Source: Microbotryum violaceum (taxonomy: Eukaryota). From it: DNA of 64,000 bases. This document shows positions 11,854 to 23,213 of the stretch, one piece after another. The stretch lies in assembly GCA_001244265.2 (NCBI GenBank), contig CDLV01000005.1:1240001-1304000 (forward strand), given 5' to 3'. The position numbers and the translations under genes were made by a program. Within the stretch, counting starts at the first letter, position 1. Each line of letters opens with the position of its first letter. The notes beneath the pieces were generated by a model, which worked only from the letters and a program-made list of their open reading frames with translations, was not told where the DNA came from and ran no database searches.

Positions 11854-12909
11854 CTGTCCAAAAATTTGACCTGCATCCGTTCTACCGTCTTCGCATTATA
11901 CTACCTTATTCGTGTACTGTTACCTCGCAAACACTATCGTTCTTTTTCTCTTGGGACCCTGTGCGGCGCGTGAGCCCTCGCCTTGCTCGGGCGGCGGCCA
12001 TTCCCTGCGGTGCTCTGAAGATCGATCTGGATTGACAAGGTGATTGCCTCGCTTGACTTCGTATGTCCGAGATATTTTCCGATCGCCTACCCGCCTGGAA
12101 ACGATCGAGGCTTGTGAGCGGGCCCAGAACGAACACCGTGAACTGGAACGAAATGATTGCAGTGCAGCCGCCGTGGAGGGTCTTGCCTTACGCATTCGCG
12201 GCCCCTGTGCCAGCGACATTTCTTCCTCTTGTCCAGTCCCGCTCGGCGTCAGCCTGGTGAGCGGGGCTCAAGGAAGCGGTACGAAAAGTGTGGCTTGGGC
12301 AAAGTTTTCACTTGCTCCGGTACCTCCTCTGGGAAAGAGCATGTACGTCGTTTCGACGATACCGGCGCCGAAGGCTAGGTCCTACGACCGGACCACGTGC
12401 ACGTGTACGTGCAAAGAGGAATTCGCTCTTCCTACTTCGCCACAGAGCCAGGCGCCTAATTTTGCAGACTTTTTATTCTGGGGCGTTGTTTCGGGTGTTT
12501 CAAAAATAGGGTCGGCCCCGGGGCTCGGTTGTGGATCATGGCCTACCGCCGAGGCTGACAACCTATTAATGGGCTTGGACCGCCATAACCGACGAGGTTG
12601 GCCGGACTGGTAACCGCAAACAACCGCTGTGGCCATGGTCGCGATTGCGCAAACGCGACCCGGCGGCTAGTACGCCCGCCCGGCCTGACGCCGGCGGTGG
12701 GCCGCGACTGGTCCCCCCTGACATAACCACGACGGTCCCCGTTGCCCTATTTGGATTCGAGTAGACTGCGAAAGTGGTCGGAACCCTTTGCCTTCTGTTG
12801 GATTTGGTGTAGCTACAACAGGTCACCCACGACATCTCCTTGTTTCTGCCTCTTCACCTCCCTCACCCCTCCCTTCCTTCACCCGTTCCACTCACAGTAG
12901 TAATCGAAG

Positions 12910-14744
12910 ATGGTGAGTCTGCTCGATCAAATCGCTGCCGCACCTCCGCTTTATGGCGTTTGCGGACGCTTCGCAGGCTCAGGCTCAGGCGTTCTCGAGA
13001 TGCTGTAGCTCCTAAGCGGCAACGCTTGGCGTTCCGAGTCCCGGCGTGCCGCTCTTCAATGCTTTGCTCTACTCCAGACCGAAGTTGACTGTTCGTTCTC
13101 CTTCTCACTCCCCTGTCATGCCTTTGCTCCGTGCGCGTACGCTTCGCCGGAACTGCTCGCGCGGTCGCACTCCGCCGTCCGTCCTGGTCTTAATTCGACG
13201 ACGTCCAATCAACAGTCGGCAGACAACTCCACCCTCACCGCCGACGCTACCGAGTCTTGCGCTGGACCCAACACCTTCAACGGCAAGCTTGACCTCCGTA
13301 TCGCTTCCGTCTTTGTCATCCTTGTAAGTCGTTAACCCCTCTTGACCCTGGGCTCGGTGATTCGGCTCGAGCGCACGTGTAGGCACAGATCCAAGGCAAG
13401 GCCGGCCCACCGTGCTGCATTATACTGACAGGTCCAATCTTCCCACCCTAGGTCACCTCCCTTTTTGGTACCTTGCTTCCGATCGTGTCCCGCAGGCTCA
13501 AATCTGTTCCCGATGTTGCGTACCGGATCGTCAAATACTTCGGTTCGGGTGTCATTATCGCGACCGCTTTTGTGAGTTGGCGTCAGATTCTTCTCCGGTG
13601 GTCCCTCGTCACCTCCTAGGCGTTTCTTGCTGACACAAGCACATTACCAGATTCATCTCTTGGCTCCGGCATGGGACGCCTTGACGAGTCCGTGCTTGCA
13701 ATACGGCGTTTGGGTCGAGTACGACTGGGCACCGGCAATCGCCATGATAAGCATGTTCTCGTGAGCATCGCAACCGGCTGGCTTACTCTAGACGTATCAG
13801 ACTCAAGTAGCCACCCTTTTTTTTTTTTTTTTTTTTTCTCAGCCTGTTCCTCGTCGAATTGGTCGCTCACCGAGCCGGTGCTTCCTATCTCGCCAAGCGC
13901 GGTCTCCGCGCTGTCGATGCCCACTCTCAAGGCAACAACCAGCCTAGCCATTCGACCCACGGTGCCCACATCGATGACCGCGTCGCCGTTGCCTCGTCAC
14001 CCTTGGAGGATCTCGAAGGCAATACACGCAAGGAAGGCCTGCTCTCTGATGACGAGAGCGAGGAGACGGCTAGTCTCACGGACGAGGCCGTAATGGCCCG
14101 CATCATCGGTGTCGCCATCCTCGAATTCGGTGTCATCTTCCACTCTCTGATGATTGGTTTGACTTTGGCTGGTGAGTTCGAGTCGGCGAGTTGGAGTTGT
14201 AATAGACCAGATTGTGCGAACTACACTAAAGCCGCCTGCCTTCTCGCCTATCTCAGTTGACCCCGACTTCTCGACCCTCTTCGTCGTGCTCATCTTCCAC
14301 CAAATGTTCGAGGGTCTCGGTCTCGGTTCGCGGTTGTCTGCCCTCCCTCTTCCCCATGCCTACCGCTGGGTTCCGTACATCGCCGGAACCGTCTACGCTT
14401 GCGTGACCCCTCTCGGTATCGCTATCGGTCTCGGTGTTCGTACGACCTACAACCCCAACACGGCCACGGCCTCGATTGTCTCCGGTGTCCTCGACGCTAC
14501 TTCCGCCGGTATCCTTCTGTACACTGGTCTCGTTGAGCTTCTGGCGCACGATTTTATCTTCAACAAGGAGATGGCTAGGGACGCGAGCAACGTCAAGGTC
14601 GCTGGGTCTGTGTGAGTACCTCGTGGACACTCCTCCGTTCCCTTCTGCGGTGACCAAAAAGCTGACTTTGACCCTTTGTTACCCCTCAGGCTCTGTGTTC
14701 TCGTTGGTGCTGGTATTATGTCGCTGCTGGGACGATGGGCATAG
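12910..14744 (+). CDS. ZIP-family (Zrt1/Zrt2-like) zinc/iron transporter, multi-exon
   Basis: LRIASVFVIL|VTS; KYFGSGVIIATAF; His-rich loop AHSQGNNQPSHSTHGAH; ILEFGVIFHSLMIGLTLA; FHQMFEGLGLGSRL; GILLYTGLVELLAHDF; ends MSLLGRWA*. Confidence 0.95.
13816..13837. repeat. poly(T) tract in a ZIP-gene intron
   Basis: Run of about 21 T just before the CTCAG acceptor. Confidence 0.9.
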
Positions 14745-15330
14745 ACTGCGAGAGCGCCTCGCCATCGCTTCAAAGGGAAGAAGGGAACAAGATCAAAAAA
14801 ATACAGATGGTCTCCTTTTGCCTGACGCTTGAACCTCATTATTTGGTGCTCCCTAGTACCGCATGTCGTCCTATAGACTTTCTTCCTCTCTATCTATAAA
14901 GTAGATGATGTAGTGCATCAATTCTTAGTTGTTCCCTCGACCATCATTTGCTCGAACTCACAGCAGCCGCGCACTCGGAGCTTCGGAGAGACGCCTCCGT
15001 CAGTCGGTGACCCACCCGTTCCCGACAGCCAACGGGTCACCGACGTCCCCTCTCGCTCCTGCCTGTTGCTGGGCAGTGGAAGCCTGACGAGAGCTCGTTC
15101 CAGGGCACCTCGCAAAACAACGAATCAAAACCTGGCTCAAGACCAACACGCGCCGTCTACCCACACCACTGGCTAGGACGTATGGGATGGGCGTGCCCCT
15201 GTTGCTGTCCAAGACGACGGCCGGCGCAGCGCACTCGCTGTTGCGGCCACCACATGCACTCGGCAGTCACAGTCGTCAGATCCTAGTTCGTGCGGATGGA
15301 TCTGCATTTGCTACCGGATCATCTTCGCCG

Positions 15331-18019
15331 ATGAAAGCGGTAAGTGTAGTTCTCCCCGCGAATTCTCCTCGCGCTGCTCGTCGCCGTCCACAAGCTCATC
15401 TCCGAGCGGCTTTGCACGTCCTCAGTTCGCCTCACGCTTCACCTTCTCGACCGGTACAGCGCCATGGTCACCTCTGGGATCTTCCTTATCGAATTCTGCC
15501 AATCGAGCACTTTCACGCCGGTCCTTCTTCTCTCGATACACGTGGGGAACGGTGGCAGCAACATCCTCGAGTCGAAGCGCCTCGACCCTCAGACATGCTC
15601 CTCACTTCTTTGAACGAGCGACGCCCCACCCCACCAAATGTAGGTGGTCCAACCCTTGTGCACTCCATCACGAACCCAATTCGCGCCCCAAGGACGACCG
15701 ATGGAGATGCCGATTCCGATACCGAACGCGTGGAGCCCACGCACACTCGGACCGACGTCCCTTTTCACTTGACTTCGATACGCGGCACAAGACCGAACGG
15801 TGGTTCAAGTACATGCATCGCATGGATCGACTCCGTCATCGTCGACGCAAGCGCCATCATCTCTCGCATGCGCCCAAGACGAGCATTGTCAATCGGCACA
15901 AGCCTTGGAAGCATTTCTCGACCGGTATCATCTATTTCTCGACCACGACTGGCCCGCAACGAGGGCCGAGGCCGACGAGGAAGATCAACCTCAAGTTCGT
16001 GGCTCGAGTTCATCTTGATCAACCGAGGCCCCTCACGACACCTTTGTTGGCCGTAGAAAAGACCCCGTTTCCTCCTACCGCCCTTTACATTGCGCGTCCT
16101 ACTGGGTGTTCACCCGGCTCGTTTTCGCACTCGTTTCGAGGATCTCTTCCCCAAGCAACCTCGATCTTGCCGCCCACTGCGTCTCTTGTGAGGATGTTCA
16201 CTACTTCAAGACGCGCTCACGAGTTATCCGTGGATCCATTACAAGCGCGCGAAGCCGGCTTCCCGTTCTTGCTCCCACTCGCTACACTGCTCAAGTCATC
16301 CGCCGCGCTTCACACCCTCAACATCGTTTCCCGCGTCGCACTCACGATCTTGCCCTTTTCCGTACGAGCCAAATATTTTGGTTCGCGCAATGCTGCGGTC
16401 GCGGGAGCCAATGTCGCGGCTGCAACCTCAAGCTGGGCCTCGCGAATCATGTCGTCAGGTGCGACGGGTTCGTTCGGGACACATTACCTCGCTCCCTTAC
16501 TGGCTGCGATTCCTATCGTGTTGCTCGGTGGAATTGTACTTGCTTCGTTGGAGCAGACGCCCATCACTGGTCGCTGGCGAATGGTAATGCTCTCACCCGC
16601 CGAAGAAGCCGAGTTGATTTCGTCTGTACTGGGCACGAGCGAAGATTCGAACGTCCAGAAACGGGACTGGGTCGGTATCCTTCGTTCGGTGCTCGAGCTT
16701 GAGGATGAAGGCGTCTCTCCGACGACGGGAAGAAGGATCCTGTTGGGTGGTGAGGTCCTGGATGAGCGTGACTGGAGGGTGCGATGGGCGGACGCCGTCC
16801 TGCGTGCGCTCGAACATGGCGTACCTTCGCTAGGAATCGGATCGCTCGAGCTGGACTCGGCTGCATCGGAGGATCCAACCATCTTACAAGCTCCTCCGAC
16901 TCGATATCCTCTTCGACCTCGCTTGTCGACAGAGTCGGTTTCAGATATGGGATGGCTCGGTCACCTTTTCCTGGGGAAGCATGCGAATCAGTCACAGGAG
17001 GACGCGGCGGATGCCTCCCTCGACGTGGGGTACGAATTGATCGTCATCGACCGCGCGGAGGCGAATGCGTTCTCGTTCGGTTTCGCACCCGAGATCGCTT
17101 CAGATTCCCGCTCGAGTGATCGAAGAGGCGTAATCGTCGTATATGCAGGCTTCATCGATCAGATCCTAGGCTCGAACGCACCGAGCCAACAACAACAACC
17201 GCCTGCTCCCGCTCCACGTTCGTCACTCTCGAGTTACTTTACCTCCAAGCCCCCCGAGCCAACGTTGCCGAACCTGGTTCCCACGACACTCCCTACGCGA
17301 GAGCAGACGCAGGCGATGGCCGTGTTGCTGTCGCATGAGTTGTCGCACCTCTTGTTGAGTCATAGTATTGAGTTGCAAGCCTCGACGTCGTTGTTGCTCA
17401 AGCACGTTTCCAAGCTTGCTGTCGATGGTGAGTTCCCTGCGCTATTCGCGTTTGAAATTTTTCTCATGTACTGAATTTATGATGTCTCCCCTCAGTGATC
17501 CGAACGATCACCTTCCCCCTCGTCGCGATGCTCGGCCCCTTCCTCTCGGACGCAATCCATTCCTCCACCAAAGTCGGCGTCTCGACCAGTTGGAACTACG
17601 TCGGATCGGCGATGCTGGCCTGTCAATCGAGATTGCTGGAGACCGAAGCTGATCTGGTTGCTTTGAGGTTGTTGGCTTGTTCGGGGATCGATCCGAGGTT
17701 CGCGTTAAAGTTTTGGGAAGGGAGGGTCGAGAGGGATCGGCAAGGGGAGGCTGAAGGGAAGGGGATGAGGATGAAAGAGGGTCAGAAGGTCCAGATGCAT
17801 TCTCCTGCTTCTGGAACTGCGGAGTCGGAGGGGAAGAGGGAGGAGGAAGAAGACCAAAATGCTTCGAAACCCAAGACCACGGCGGCGTGTTGGATTATGG
17901 ACTCGCACCCCGTTGAAGAGGAGAGGGTCGAGAGGATCCGCAAGGAGTTGGCGAGGTGGGAGAGGTATAGAGATGAGCAGGCGTTTATGAATGGGAGGAG
18001 GGAGCAGAAGAAGGTGTAG
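15331..18019 (+). CDS. OMA1: Mitochondrial metalloendopeptidase Oma1-like (peptidase M48); exons 15331-15339, 15426-~17428, ~17496-18019
   Basis: MKA|FASRFTFS, an Arg/Ser-rich presequence-like start. LEQTPITGRWR; ANAFSFG; zinc motif HELSH; SRLLETEADLVALRLLACSGIDP; MDSHP...RVERI. Confidence 0.88.
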
Positions 18020-18228
18020 AATTTAGTTTTTCGAATCGAACGGGCTGTCTTTCTGTTGTAGTGACTTCATTTCTTTAGTTGTTGTGCGGGCAACCCTTAT
18101 CTCGAGGCGCCTTTCCAGTTTTTGTTTTCGTGTTCTCTCGTGACTTTCTCTCGCCCCTCCATTCGCAGTGATCTACTTTGACAGCCTATCTCTATGTTGT
18201 ACTTTCTACGCCATACAGCATACATCTA

Positions 18229-19660
18229 TCATTCCTGCAGCACCCAATCAACGACCTTGTCGAAACTCTGCCCACACCATTCCGGATCCTTGTTCTGTCC
18301 ATCGGAAGAAGAGAGACGGCGTTCGTCCCCGGGTCGGTATTTCCCTGTGTGGACGAGGAAACGATGAAGACCTAGGTTTTGGACGACGAGGCCTGTGTCT
18401 TGACGATAGTCGTCGCCGACCTGTGGGAGGAGGGGGTTGGGTGAGTTGGTTGAAAAGGAAGGAGGGTTCATCTCGCCGAATCATGTAGGGGAAGACTGAC
18501 CATGCCTACTTGGGGCCACTCGTCGGGACTTATCCCTTCAAGGGCCAAGGATTCAAGAGCAAGCTCGAAGAATTTTCGTTCTGGTTTACCGACTTTTCGA
18601 CGTATCGAGACGAGATGATACGTCAGCTGAGACGATACGGTCATCTCGCAAAGGCTCGATCGTCTTTACTCACCGACCTCCGCTTTCACCCCCGAACTCT
18701 CCTCCAAAGCCGTGACGAACCCACCGGGACCCAACGACAAAGATCCGTCTTTATCCCTGACGTACAACGCTCGATGCGTAGCGATCAAGCGAGGCTGAGG
18801 TTTCTTATCGTCGATTGCGGTGTCCTCTGGTCCCGAACCCGCCGAGGAGGAAGAAGGATCTCTCTCACCTGCCAGCAAGCGGAAAGCTTTGTTGAGGGTT
18901 GGGTAGTCGAATGAGGAAAGGGATAGACCGATGATGACGCTGTCGAGGTCTTGGAGTGAGGTTGAGGAAGGGGTGGGGAAGTCGGAGAGGGCATCAGGGG
19001 AGAGGAGGTAGAATGGTCTGGGAGACAGATCAAGGGATTTGGTATTAGTCTGAGCGGTCTGGGCGATTGTATCGGCGATATCTTTCAGGTACTAACTTGA
19101 GGTTCTCTGAAACGACGATTTGTCTTACGGCTGAGAGAGAGGTGAAGAGCTATGATAAGAAGAATCCGATGCCCACGTCTCATCAGTCCGACTCAAAGGT
19201 GCCCACATCAGGCGCATACGTGGTGTTGAGGCTGACCTCCGACTCCCTGACGTCCAGGTTCATCTTGTGCAGTTTTGCGAGAAGTGAAGTTTCTGGTTGA
19301 TGAACCGATTGATTTCGTCGCATGATGATCGAGACGAATTTCGGAAAACGTTGCTTTTTTTGCCGAGGTCAGAACCCGCTGATGGATAACTCAATGGGCC
19401 TCCTCGATCGTACGCACTTGACTCTTTGGAGGTGTTGGATACCCATCTGAGGACGATGCCCGCCTTGCGCAGCCTCTGTATTGCCTGAGCGGCGTTAGGG
19501 GTGGGCTGATCCGAGACGTGGATCGTCCCGGACAGATCGATCAGCAGCGCGCGCAGTCTACAAGCGGCGGAGACGGGGGGGGGGGGGGGGGGGGGCCGGT
19601 CAATGACAAGTGAACAGGAATGGGGTCGGACTCGGGAGCTTAGTGGACTTGCCTTGCCAT
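18229..19660 (-). CDS. HAD-superfamily class IIA hydrolase (HDHD2/LHPP-like), multi-exon
   Basis: MAR|LRALLIDLSGTIH (HAD motif I of the HDHD2 type); VSNTSKES; DKDGSLSLGPGGFVTALE; VGDDYRQD; LVHTGKYRPGDE. Confidence 0.88.
19574..19594. repeat. poly(G) (+) / poly(C) (-) tract inside intron 1 of the HAD gene
   Basis: About 21 consecutive G on the + strand. Confidence 0.9.
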
Positions 19661-19844
19661 GCTGGTCGATGGGCAAGCCTTGAGGCAGTGATCCGGTGAG
19701 CAATGGGATTGGACGAGACGTCGCTGGCTGAGCGCTGTAATGGAGACAATTGCGCGTTAGTACTTGTTAGTATACTGTTGAGACGATGCGCCCCACTTTT
19801 TGGGGGATTGCGACCTGCAGCTGGCTGTGCTTAACCGTTTTTCG

Positions 19845-19847
<3 letters not shown>

Positions 19848-19890
<43 letters not shown>
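19848..19890. repeat. (CT)n microsatellite in the 350-bp divergent spacer between the HAD and RGG-protein genes
   Basis: About 21 perfect CT units ~120 nt upstream of the ATG at 20010. Confidence 0.95.
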
Positions 19891-19894
<4 letters not shown>

Positions 19895-20009
19895 ACCCCA
19901 TCCCACCCGCTTCGACCGCTCACTCCCCTCAGAAGCACCCAACCCAAAACACCCCAACACCCAACACCCGATCAACGCGGCCGAGAAAGCCACGCCCGTC
20001 GCCGCAAAC

Positions 20010-22298
20010 ATGTCATCGTCCAAGGAGACCAAGGAGCCGTCGATCCTCACCTCGATCGCGCGCCACATCCCCGGCCTGTCCATCTCGTCCGGCACCGGCC
20101 CCGGCCCCAGCTCCGGCACCTCCACCTCCACCTCGAGCGCCAACAAGAAGAACCGTGGTCGCAAACCCAAGTCGCAGCCCATGACCACCTCCGTCTCGGC
20201 TGCGGCTTCAGCCTCGGACAAGCCTGATCATGCCAACGCCCAGGTCGAGCCAGCCGCCGCTCCCTCCGCGTTTCAGGTGCCCGTCAACATATCCGAGGTC
20301 GAGGCGTTGGGAGAGGTGGAGGAGAAGAAGACGAGTGGTGAGTTGCCGTGTCGCATGTGCACTCCCGGCGATGAGCGATGGGAGAAGAGTGTAGGCCTGC
20401 GCCGCGCACTCCGTACCTCGACTCGGCTCAACGCCGCTCGACTTGGGTGTCCTCTGTCCTGCCTCCTATTCTGCATATACATCGGCTAATACCGGTATGC
20501 GTTCTCCGCTCTCACAGCCGTCGAGGCGTGCCAAAAGCGCATCCGCGCCGCCAACAAGAAGATTGTACGTGGCCCTGTTGCGCGCACCCCCAAGCGGGGC
20601 AAGGCGCAATCGCTTCCATTACCCGCACCTCCAATCGGACCCTAGCTCACCCTGTCCACCTCTTGCAACAGCAACGCATTGTAACCTACGAGGAAAAGAC
20701 CGAAGCACTCAACGCCGACCAACAACGCGCTGTCGCTTCAAAGCCCGCCCTCGTCGCCGTCGCCAAAGAGCTCGAAGAGCTGCTCGTGATCCTCAAGGTC
20801 AGTCGCGCCTCTATAAGCAATATTTTCGTCTTACTCACCATCCCAAGCGTGATCCGCATTACAGGCCGAAGAAGCCGAGGATGAAGCCCGTGATCAACGC
20901 AATGCCTCGCTGGAGGAGAAGAGGCAGGCTCGAGCAGTTGAAGCCGCCGTCGCCTCGGCCCACTCCACGACCGACTCCAAGCTCCTCATCCTCTTGCAAT
21001 TCCTCCACCTTCACGGCCTCTACACCGAACAAAACACCGGCTTCGCACCGCCCGTCCTCCCTCCCATCGTCGCCAATGCTACGGGGCAAGAGGTCGCCGC
21101 GGTCAGGATGCTCAAGGAACGATTTACTAGCGGCCCTCTGCTCGGTGGCCACGGCGATGCCGTCGAGGCGCTTGACAAGATCGCCGCCGAGTCGTCCGAG
21201 GAAGCTCTTCCTGGTGTGCCTTGTGAGTATCAGCAGTTGAGCCTAGACTTGCCACGTCCTCGGCTGATCCATAAATCTATCTATTTGCGTGCTCCAGACT
21301 CACGCATCAAGGAGCTCATCGCCGGACTCACCTCCACACCCGCCGACGAGCCCTTGGCCGCTTCCAACCATCGAGACAACATTTTTCCCGAATCGAACGC
21401 TCCTGCCGGCCCCTCGGATTCTGTCACCGCTCTCGTCGACGGAGCCACCGACGCCCCCGCCCACGACGCCCCTTCGTTCCTCAACGCGTCCGAACTCGAA
21501 CAGGTGCCTTCGTCCGAAGCCAAAGTCGCATCCTGGGCCGACGAGGTCGAAGCCAACCCCGCTGTCGCTTCCGTCGCTCGCGAACCCGCTTCCACTCCTA
21601 CTCCCGCTCCTGCACCTGTCGAAGAACCCGCCGCGGCGGCTCCCGCTGTCCCTGCTGCTGATGCATGGGGATCCACGACCGGCGGGACCGTCGATTGGGC
21701 GACCGAGGATTCGGGCGCTTTACCTTCTTTGCCTGAACTTCAACCTACGGCTGGGGCTGCACCCATTGCTGGTGCAGGACACGGAGCGTCTTTGAGCGTC
21801 GATGCGGATGGTTTCCAAGCCGCTCGTCGAGGGGGACCCGCACACGGCCAAGGACAAGGACAAGGCCGTGGCCCTCGTGGTCCCCCCGGTGGAGGACGTA
21901 ACGGGATGCGTGGCATTGGTGAGGAAGGTGGTCGTGGTGGTGGACGAGGTGGAGGGCAGTTCAGGAGTCGCAGCGATGGGAATTGGGAACGACGTGGTCC
22001 TCCTCCTTCTTCGCAAGGCCAGGGACAGGGCCAGAACGGACCGAGAGATGATGGGTTCACCCAGGTCACTCATCACAACGGAGGAGATGGCGGTCATCGT
22101 GGTCGTGGAAGGCCTCATCGTGGTGGGGAGGGAGGAGGCAGGGGTGGAGGACGTGGACCGAGAGAAGGTGGGTTCAGGGGTGGTCAGGGTCAGGGTCAGG
22201 GTCAGGGTCAGAACAAGGTCGAACGACCCGTCGATGGGGATGCACCTGCTGCCAACGTGTCGGCCGCAGCACCTGATGCCCCGACTAACAGGTGGTAG
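20010..22298 (+). CDS. Caprin/YAG7-like coiled-coil protein with a C-terminal RGG/GQ low-complexity tail (probable RNA-binding protein), multi-exon
   Basis: Spliced helical region AVEACQKRIRAANKKI|QRIVTYEEKTEALNADQQRAVASKPALVAVAKELEELL resembles the caprin N-terminal coiled coil. Also SWADE and DDGFTQV motifs, many RGG repeats and (GQ)n. Family assigned by resemblance only. Confidence 0.7.
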
Positions 22299-23213
22299 AC
22301 GAACAATGGTTCCATAACCAAAGACCAAAGTGTTCTAACGTCAAAAAACTAAAAAGAATAGCTGGCGGTACGTATAGCATAGCAACGAGCCTTGAAGATT
22401 CCATTGCCTTTTTGGAGCTGCGCTCGTCTACAATCCTCGTTCTTTTCTTGCCTCCTCCCCTTTTCAATGAGCGCCCTTTTTCCTTTGAAATCAAGAATAC
22501 CTACCCAAGCCTAGTTGAGAAAGATGTATTCAGGTACGCCTATCATGGACGCCGAAACTGACAGCCCGGAGAGGTCCTGGAGAAGGGAGTTCATGAGCGT
22601 TCATATCATGCCCGACGAAAGCTGCCTCGGCAGCGTCGCGAAACAAGCAAGGCTTGACGTTAGTAGCGTGGGCGGGCCCCAGCCACAGTAGTAGCCAACG
22701 CCGAAACAGAAGTTGTGGGTAGAAAGATATAATTTCGTGTTATTGATCAAATATGTACAAAAGAGTGTTGTGTGGGGTTCATACTTTATACAAAGGGGCA
22801 CAACTGTGGGAGAAAACGAAAGAGGAAGAAACGTGGACATGCCGTCCTGAAAGACAGAAACTGAACGTCCGGGAAGGAGGTATCTCGGAGGTCACCGAAC
22901 GAATTTTTGGGAAATTGGTGCTGGTGGGAAAAGATGAGGGCGAATGTTGCGAAGGCGATGGGGAACAGACAGGATAAAGGCGAAGAATAAGGAGAAGTAC
23001 AGATGCCGACAGGCGTTCAACGTGGAGGATCGTGACCAGAAAGTGTCCGAATAATTCCACGCGCAAGGGGGGTTGGTGAATCCGGGACAAGATACGGAAG
23101 GGTTGCGAGGGACGAACGAGGAAAGCGAACGCGATAGACATAATTACGTATGGACGTGTGAATAAGTGGCGCGAACGGGAATGCAAGGACTCGTGCGGGT
23201 ACTAAGCACGGGA

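Noticed and set aside
12030-12900. Zinc-responsive element upstream of the ZIP transporter, and ORF 12044-12613
   Set aside because: Only an isolated CAAGGT (~12036) and no ACCTTNAAGGT palindrome. The ORF has no AUG start or recognisable motif.
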